From Lepidodermella squamata (Eukaryota; Animalia; Gastrotricha), in NCBI GenBank assembly GCA_047495785.1, contig JBLDXI010000015.1:3472001-3536000 (forward strand): DNA of 64,000 nt. The letters run 5' to 3'. The notes under the pieces were generated by a model. It did not search any database. It worked only from the letters and a program-made list of their open reading frames with translations, and had not been told where the DNA came from. The translations under genes were made by a program, and so were the position numbers. Below are positions 57,301-64,000 of the stretch, piece by piece (within the stretch, counting starts at the first letter, position 1; every line of letters starts with the position of its first letter).

Positions 57301-60300
57301 TGTTGTTCGAATTTACACGGAACACATCCGCCGACATGCCGACCACGCGGTTCGGCAACTCATTCGGCAAACGTCTCAGCGATTTGGTTGTAATCAATTG
57401 AAAGCGGTCGATTGGATGGATGACGGCTCGCGTATTCAGTTGACGGTGAATTTGGACGCTGATAAAGGCGAGGCTGATTTCGATTTCACTGGAACTACCG
57501 AAGAGGTGTATGGTAATTGGAATTGTCCTAGGTAAGTATCCAAATGAATCTGAATTTTTTTTGAATTTTTGAATGAATTTTTCGATCTGATCAGAGTTCT
57601 TGAATCGGATAAATAGAATCTGTCGCCCCAAAATGTAAAAGTTCGCCCTCGTTTCATCTCAGCCCTTATTTTAAATAAGCGCGCCCTCTGAGTAAACAAA
57701 GCCGCCCCGTCGCCCCGCTATTTATTAGTACACTCCGAACACTTGCACCGAGATGAACACTTGATATTGTTTGAAAAATTTAAAAACAGGGTTTCCCCTT
57801 CCGCTTGAAACAACCTTTTTTACACAGACCACAGACAATAAATTCTTTTTGTTATCATTGTCATTATCGTCATCGGAGTCTTTTTGGACGCGCCTGATTT
57901 TGGGCGAATTCGCAGGTGAATCAGCGGGCGGAGGTGGGCTCACAATAGTTTGATCGAGGTCGACTTCGTCAGGGTTTAGATCAATCATCGACCAGGTAGG
58001 CGAGAGGTTGCATAGCCAGAGCACCCTTGGCCAATTTTTTGCGGCCACGCTTGGCCGGCTTTTCAACCTTGGTCAGCCGCTTCTCGTAATTAGAAGGAAC
58101 CGGGCGACCCGATTGTATTTCGAACGCGAGGGAGTGATAACAAACAAATTGTTTGCTAAAAAATCGGCCCAGCTGCCGTTTCTCAGCACGGCGACGTGGT
58201 AGTTAAGCTTGTATTTCACGAAATCGGCCCAGCTTGCGAAACGACACTCAATGGAAGGAAGTCGAAGTCGAAGACGAAGTCGATCACGGCGCCAAACACG
58301 ATAACTAGCACCTGCGATGTTGATCGTACGAATTTTCACAGATTTTTTTTCGGAAATTCCAACGCGCCATGCCAATGATGAAAAGCGACTGCGGCTTGGG
58401 TTTGAAACAAACAGCGTTGGTTGAGATTATTCTGGTCCTTCGATACGACCTAAAGGGGGAAAACCTAAAGCAAAACGCCTCTAGAAGTTTCAGCAACTTC
58501 AACTGTTGTCTGGCGGTCCAAGTTCTCTTGATGTCACGATTGCCGGATTCGTTGGCATTGTTGGTCGAAGGAAGGCCGGGTGCGAAACCCTCATACCAGC
58601 TGTTTCTGTGAACATCGTCGAGCCGATTTGGGCCGATTTTATTCTGATTTTATGTTTCATTCCTTACCTATTCGTGAATAGTATTTTATATTATAGGCAA
58701 CCCTTGTTGAATGACTGAGTAATAGTAATCGGCACCATTTTACGCTAGATGTAGCTGGAGATTCGTTGTAAGACGCGTGAAACACGCAAGTGAACGAATA
58801 GTTGTGAACTAGGACATCGATTTGATAACATCGGGCGAATGCGACTATCGTGCCGTTGTCGCCCCACGATTCGGTATTACTGGCATCGAAACCATTCGTC
58901 AGAGATAGAACTGCAAATGAAGCAGGGAATAGCAACGTAATAGAGATGCCGCGGTTAAAATTTTAGTATGCCGGCCCGAACCGCCGGGCCGGCCCGATCA
59001 CCACCGGAAACCGGAAATAACCGCATTTATTTCACTTTTTATTGAGCCTCTCAACTCTTAATAATTCATCTCATCGCTCATAGCTATTACGTTGTTCATG
59101 CAGGCAAGAAATCGAAGCTTAACTCGCATGAAGAAGCTAAAGCTTGTTCATGCGTATTTTCATCATATCATCGGCTAGTTGAGACTTCGTGCGATTTTTC
59201 GATGGATTTATCACTAGTTTAAGCTGTGAAAAAAACTGTTCAGCCGCAGTTGAGGTCGCCGGTGTCGATAAGATTTTCAGTGCGGATTTGGCGAGTGACT
59301 GCAGCTGATGCCCGCTTGTTGAAGGCTGATCGCCGCCCATCAGTTCAAAATCGTGCTTCGCTTAAGTTGAGAACATAACGATCAATTTAAAATCAATTCT
59401 AGATGGTTTGTTACCTCTTTCAGTTGACGTTGCTGTGGCGGGGCGGTAATTAATACCTGAAAGTATATTATAAAAAACTTTTTGGAACATTTCAACAAAT
59501 TTAAGACATTTCTGGTCATGAGATAATTTCATTTACCGTCAATTATTTTTGTTTGCGTTACTTATAGCACATAAATTCTATTTTTTATTGCAAAATATTA
59601 ACATTAAATATTTCCATTTTTAGAGCTGTTGCTATGTCTGGGGTCTTGTACTGCCTTCGTTCGATGATCGGCTCGAAAATGCCACTCAACGCCGGTTGCC
59701 TCGCGCCGATTCGCATCAAATTCCCAGACGCGTCGCTCCTCTCGCCGAGCCCTGAAGCCGCTGTCGTAGCCGGCAACGTGTTGACCTCACAGCGGGTCGT
59801 CGACGTCGTCCTGCGGGCGTTTCAAGCCTGTGCCGCAAGCCAAGGCTGCATGAACAACGTGGCACTAGGCCGCAGCCAGACGCAAACCAGCCCGGAAAAA
59901 GCTTGGACCTCGAGTTACTACGAAACAATAGCCGGCGGGGCTGGGGCTGGTCCAGACTGGCGAGGCCGGTCCGGAGTCCACGTGCATATGACCAACACCC
60001 GAATTACAGACCCTGAGCTGCTGGAGAAGCGTTTCCCGGTCGTGCTGACCCGATTCACCCTGCGCGAGAATTCGGGCGGGGCTGGCGAGTACCCGGGCGG
60101 GGATGGGGTGATTCGAGAACTGCTATTCCGGGCTCCGACTTCTGTATCACTATTGACCGAGCGGCGTATAACCGAGCCGTATGGAATGGCGGGCGGTTCT
60201 CCGGGCGAAAGGGGCCGCAATTTGCTGATTCGCAAACGGGAGGGGCGTCGGGTGGCTCTGTCGCCGAAAACCGGGTTCGAGGCCGAACCGGGTGACCGGC

Positions 60301-60356
60301 TGCTCTTATACACGCCGGGCGGTGGCGGATACGGTTCTGCCCCTGCCGGAAAATAA
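45338..60356 (+). CDS. OPLAH: 5-oxoprolinase (ATP-hydrolysing); exons 45338-45499, 45550-46513, 46737-47033, 50124-50805, 50859-51177, 56819-57531, 59624-60356
   Basis: [80 protein letters not shown]|[50 protein letters not shown]. All seven exons join in frame. Confidence 0.97.
47151..47799 (+). repeat. Two direct copies of a (TTAGGG)n-headed motif TTAGGGTTAGGGTTGCTACGGTC(A/C)TTCGGTTC at 47151-47194 and 47768-47799
   Basis: Direct reading: 31/32 identity over the shared core, about 605 bp apart in OPLAH intron 3. Confidence 0.7.
48545..48635 (+). mobile_element. Ty1/copia RNase H C-terminal relic
   Basis: [28 protein letters not shown] matches the copia T..Q.ADxxTKAL...F..L...LGL motif. 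Confidence 0.7.
48960..49231 (-). mobile_element. pogo/Fot1-like transposase N-terminal HTH (psq/CENP-B type) fragment
   Basis: [38 protein letters not shown]...[16 protein letters not shown]; truncated before any DDE domain. Confidence 0.7.
52333..53020 (-). mobile_element. 5'-truncated CR1-clade non-LTR retrotransposon (ORF2 C-terminus plus (TAAA)n tail)
   Basis: DSELSFETH...[19 protein letters not shown]...[11 protein letters not shown]...LSLEQRR...RIVNVWN...SLNSFK; AT-rich TAAA-type tail at about 52333-52360. Confidence 0.85.
53060..53395 (-). mobile_element. Probable Mutator/MULE transposase relic (pre-catalytic region)
   Basis: [12 protein letters not shown]...*...[27 protein letters not shown]...FQLFLTS resembles the region upstream of the MULE DDE core; interrupted by a stop and abutting the CR1 5' end. 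Confidence 0.4.
53700..53890 (-). mobile_element. Helitron/Helentron PIF1-type helicase relic
   Basis: Minus-strand translation [42 protein letters not shown] fits the PIF1 2B motif LP..L.L..G..V....N.....G..NG..G.I..I. Confidence 0.65.
54185..54470 (-). mobile_element. Ty1/copia gag N-terminal relic
   Basis: [30 protein letters not shown] (copia gag NY..W...M..YL....W..V.G motif), then after a frameshift [17 protein letters not shown]...D*TRL. Confidence 0.7.
55064..55318 (-). pseudogene. Possible decayed 60S acidic ribosomal protein P1 copy
   Basis: [40 protein letters not shown]...AGAAPAA aligns by eye to RPLP1 ILHDDE...KINALIKAA...F...LFAKALANV...AGAAPA; no ATG start and no acidic GLFD tail. 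Confidence 0.45.
55921..56100 (-). pseudogene. Decayed RING-finger exon
   Basis: [50 protein letters not shown]: RING ligand spacing with one Cys replaced by Trp and an in-frame TGA; preceded by a ttttttttag acceptor at about 56115. Confidence 0.55.
57990..58612 (-). mobile_element. Mutator/MULE transposase relic (catalytic Glu region and basic C-terminus)
   Basis: [37 protein letters not shown] (W...P.TNN..ES.N..IK) and downstream [15 protein letters not shown], with frameshifts. Confidence 0.75.
58790..58900 (-). mobile_element. OTU-like cysteine protease fragment (transposon cargo type)
   Basis: [24 protein letters not shown] fits the OTU WG...I.A.A..Y...I.V motif. Confidence 0.5.
58941..59340 (-). 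mobile_element. hAT transposon 3' end (dimerisation domain plus terminal repeat)
   Basis: [35 protein letters not shown]...MKIRMN is the hATC domain; terminus TAGAGATG at 58941 with CCGG-rich subterminal repeats. Confidence 0.8.
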
Positions 60357-61068
60357 CAACTGCCAATTTACAGATAGACATGAAACAACTGCCATTGAAA
60401 TTCTCTATTTTTTCGATCTACACCTTGTAGATCTGATGCGCTGATTATATAATAAACTCGGTGTTGTTATTATGAAAATTCTCTGCTGTTTTGTTTGTTT
60501 TTCTCTCAACTTTAGCATTGATTGATTGACGCCAAATTTTGTTGCTATTTCTTTCTCAACTTGTGCGTAGTGTGTGATAAATGTCATGAAAACGACTTGG
60601 AACGAATTATTGTTTTGTGCCAATTATTGTAGATGAATTTAATTATGTATTCATTTGAGTAATAAAATTATTATTTCCATAATTCGGGTTTTTTGAAAAC
60701 TGAAGGACAAAACTTCAATATTCCGGACAGAATGTCCCTGTTGTAATTTGCAGACTAAGTTATCTAAGAAGAAATCGTTCCTGGCCAGAGTGTTTCAACG
60801 CGACTTCACTATGAAAGCGCTCAGGGGACACGAAGCTTCACACCTTCAAAACTTTTCATTTAGGCGATGGATCAGAATGATACAAAAATATTTCAAAATA
60901 TATTTTAGAAAATCAAGACTGAATGACTTGATGATACCAACTCCAAACTTCGTGGTAACTTCTACTACAACACAATTCCACTTATTACAGATGTGTTGTC
61001 TTGAGTACCGTAAAATAGGAAGACTCAAACCTGTAAAAATAACAGATGACGAGGTAAAAGAACTACAA

Positions 61069-61110
61069 ATGAGGTGGGTACCATTGGATAGCTTGGAGGA
61101 AGGACAATCT
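61069..61110 (+). repeat. Dispersed copy of the MITE-family core found in the Ly6 intron
   Basis: ATGAGGTGGGTACCATTGGATAGCTTGGAGGAAGGACAATCT versus ATGAGTGTAGTACCGTTAGGTAGCCGGGAGGAAGGGCAATCT at 28965-29006. Confidence 0.6.
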
Positions 61111-61624
61111 TAAAATGGCATATGAATAAAATTTTAATTTCACAGATTCTGTTTAGCAGTCAACAAACGTCTGGCGAAAAATAGAATTTTCCAAGCTTCT
61201 CAAAGTTCCAGTCTACCCACTAAAGACCCGCTACCGTAGGCATTATCTTGCTCTTCAGATTATTCATGGGCCAATTTTGGCGTTTGAAAATGACCTCACT
61301 CTCCAAAGCCCATCAAGTTCACACTTTATCTTGCGAAAATTCCCAGAAAATGACAAAATGCTGTTTCTCACCAGAAAATTCTTTGCGGCTCGTGCCAGGT
61401 CAACCGAAAGCACGCGAACATTTTATTTCTAAATTTTCACTAGCTTTTTGTGTGAATTGAAATTACACATAACTGATTCTTACTTTTAGGCTAGGTAACT
61501 GCTGCTTACGATATTAGTTTAGTGTGTTTTCTCAAAAATCGGTTGAAATTAATTTTTTATATTTAGTTTGGAAATTTTCGCTTTAATCTTTGCGAAAATT
61601 AATTGAGCCTTCTGTTTCACTGAA

Positions 61625-62989
61625 ATGTTTCCACCGAAGGTGCATCTTCTGTTGATTGCAGTTTTCGGTAAATTTCTTCAAATTGAAAATTCACCATTGG
61701 ATCATTGTCGATTTTCAGGATTAGCCGCTTTTGCACGAGGAAAGACTTATCACGTCGGCATCAAGCTGAAAATTTCAAATAATAACGACAACGAGAATAA
61801 TATCCATGTAGAACATAATGGCTGGAATCCGCATTATACAACCACCTCATCAACGCCTACTTCTTCAACTTCAACGACGACTATTACCTCGTCAACAACA
61901 ACGTTGCCGACTGCTGGGGCCAACCCGGCGCGCCGCCTTCGCGCAAATCGCCAGCCGAAAAACGCAGTTGAACGCGCGGCTTTATTGCGAAAATTCAGCC
62001 AAATGGACCGCGGCCTTAAAAAGAAGCACCGTTCGAAGGTTACAACAACCACAGATTTGCCAGCTGTAGTTACGGATATGCCGTATTTCGAGGTTGAAAT
62101 CACCGACAGTCCGTCTGGAAATGGCTTATTAGCAGCCGAACCTGAGCAGCCTACAACGATTAATTTTAAAACAACAACGAGTCGTCGTCCTCTCAAGGCA
62201 AAAACAGAGAAACCGAATCGCGTCGATAATCGAAGGGATATATTGAAAAATTATCGCCGACTTCAAGAGCAGCGAAAGGCCAAAGCTGCAACTACGACTA
62301 CTCGCACAACATTATCGACGACTACGCCATTTTTTATGCCGGAAACTGTTGAAAAGGTTGCTGATCATCAAGAAAATGCAATTGTTAAGGAGGCTGCGCT
62401 CCTTGAACAGCCCAAATTGCTGGAATTAACAACACAGATGCCTTCATCAACCACAATTTCGTCTAATCTTCCGAAATCTTCCACGCCTCGGTTGAAGAAG
62501 AAAAAGGTTAGCAGTGAAGAAAGTGAATCAGCCGGTGATAGCAAGAGTGGAGAGACAGAAAGCGCGGGTGAAAGTGAGGAAGAAAGTGGATCGGAAAGTG
62601 GGTCGGAAACTGCTGAAGATTCGAAGCCTACAACCAAGCCTGCGAAGAAAAAGTTGGAGGTCCTCAACAAACACCCGTCGTCTCAAAACGATGAAGATGA
62701 CGGGCTGGTTCTTGATCGCCACGGTAAGAAGTCGTCGTTGCCTAAAACGAAGGATGAAACTCGAAAATGGGCTCGAGAGGCAGTGAATGAGTACAAGAAA
62801 ATATCAAAACAACTGCCCGATATTTTACAAATGGATTTCCCGACTGAATCTCGTAAGAAGGTATCACCACGGGTTCAATCAGCTACCCTGAAGCCCCAAA
62901 AATCTGGTGATGAGGCGAATGATAGAAGCAGGCGAAAAACAAGCAAAGAGGAACCTGAGCGCGTGTTGGTTCGAGCGAAACGATTTTAG
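61625..62989 (+). CDS. Secreted low-complexity Thr/Ser/Lys/Glu-rich orphan protein; exons 61625-61667 and 61719-62989 (about 437 aa)
   Basis: Removing a 51-nt GT-AG intron restores a clean signal peptide MFPPKVHLLLIAVFGLAAFARG. Poly-Thr tracts, basic blocks and an S-E-G rich block; no cysteine and no recognisable domain. Confidence 0.75.
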   Translation: MFPPKVHLLLIAVFGKFLQIENSPLDHCRFSGLAAFARGKTYHVGIKLKISNNNDNENNIHVEHNGWNPHYTTTSSTPTSSTSTTTITSSTTTLPTAGANPARRLRANRQPKNAVERAALLRKFSQMDRGLKKKHRSKVTTTTDLPAVVTDMPYFEVEITDSPSGNGLLAAEPEQPTTINFKTTTSRRPLKAKTEKPNRVDNRRDILKNYRRLQEQRKAKAATTTTRTTLSTTTPFFMPETVEKVADHQENAIVKEAALLEQPKLLELTTQMPSSTTISSNLPKSSTPRLKKKKVSSEESESAGDSKSGETESAGESEEESGSESGSETAEDSKPTTKPAKKKLEVLNKHPSSQNDEDDGLVLDRHGKKSSLPKTKDETRKWAREAVNEYKKISKQLPDILQMDFPTESRKKVSPRVQSATLKPQKSGDEANDRSRRKTSKEEPERVLVRAKRF

Positions 62990-63973
62990 CTTGATTATTT
63001 CTAACAGAAAAAAGCCGGATTTATAGCATTGTAATATTTATTGGTATCTTTGACTCGGAACTTTCAACTCTGTCAACATAGTTTAATCTTGATCATCACA
63101 TCTTAATTTTTCGATTTTCGGTATTTTCTGACCAAAAAGTTATGCTCGGAATAAAAATAAAAAATATTTGAAAAAATCGTCTTTTTGTGTGTTCGCTGGG
63201 CCAATTAACTCACCATAGTAAATTAAATAATGAGAGCTGTTGGGTTCAGCGTTGGGCTCGTGAATTTTATTGATATTTACAGACCAGATTTCCGGCCTCT
63301 GATTTTCCATTCTTTGGATGCTGGGAAACATCGATTCTTTTGTCTATATGTAGGCAATTGAAAAATTAGAAACCCAGAATTCTTGTTTCCCCTTAAATCC
63401 GAATTATCCGATGTATCGAAAAATGCGATTGCTCTCCAGAAAAAAATCACCCTAATTAGGGGAATTTTACACCCTATAGTTGGGAATTATTCCAACGATC
63501 CCGATGGTTTTCAATCGGTTTTTATTCTTTTATTTTATTTTATTTTATTGCCACATCCTTTTTGTTCAGAATTGCAAGTTGGTAGATAACAGGTCAAGTT
63601 ATTATCACAAAGTGGAACATGACCTAGTTGAATTATTGCGACGCATGAAAACAAGGCAACAGGCGGATGGCAGAAGATAGGTCATCGTTTATAAAACCGT
63701 ACATCCTTGTAAGATTTGCAGATTCCACAGCCATTACCACGGATTTCTCATCCCATATGTTTATTTATCAACTGCTGTCATCGCGTACGAGAATAACACG
63801 CACACGCTTCAAAACAACAGCGCAGCCATCCGGCACGTGCTCGAATTCAGTCATTTTTTCAAATTTCAATCTCTTAAACACTGAATTTTAATAAGCTAGT
63901 GCCGACTTTTTACTATAATTCAATTATTTATTATTTTTCGATAGGTATTGTTACTCTTTAAAAATAGCCAAAG

Positions 63974-64000
63974 ATGAGGTTATCAGTCTTTGGCGCCCTG
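63974..64000 (+). CDS. Possible start of a further secreted-protein gene running off the window (MRLSVFGAL...)
   Basis: ATG in aaagATG context about 30 nt after a tttttcgatag acceptor-like site; only 9 codons visible. Confidence 0.25.

Noticed and set aside
1-64000. CRISPR arrays, rRNA genes, bacterial horizontally transferred genes, alternative genetic code
   Set aside because: No regularly spaced repeat-spacer array or rRNA motif seen; OPLAH is the fused, intron-containing eukaryotic type; all conserved genes translate without internal stops in the standard code.

Overview
Eukaryotic (animal) genomic DNA from a compact, AT-rich invertebrate genome with typical introns of about 50-60 nt; the GPCR types suggest a spiralian, but that is inference. 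Exon-intron models built by hand support 14 protein-coding genes: Rab11, neugrin, ITFG1/LINKIN, VPS13D (carrying two antisense paralogous class-A GPCR genes inside one 6.4-kb intron), a Ly6/uPAR three-finger protein, an ERM/moesin, VMA21, Rogdi, NFU1, FRS2/3, 5-oxoprolinase and a secreted orphan. Main points of interest: (1) two operon-like same-strand clusters with 72-325 bp gaps and unpaired 3' splice acceptors just upstream of the ATGs, consistent with spliced-leader trans-splicing and polycistronic transcription; (2) hidden alternative first exons inside the ERM gene that would give FERM-less isoforms, one starting with a lipid-anchor-like [12 protein letters not shown]; (3) a strongly over-represented, mostly sense-oriented intronic motif TTAAGGNGGA(TT); (4) OPLAH introns packed with short, almost all antisense fragments of at least six transposon superfamilies plus host-gene relics; (5) a nested GPCR that has lost the DRY/ICL2 segment; (6) a GC-AG intron in Rab11. 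All family assignments come from recognising motifs by eye; no database search was run.
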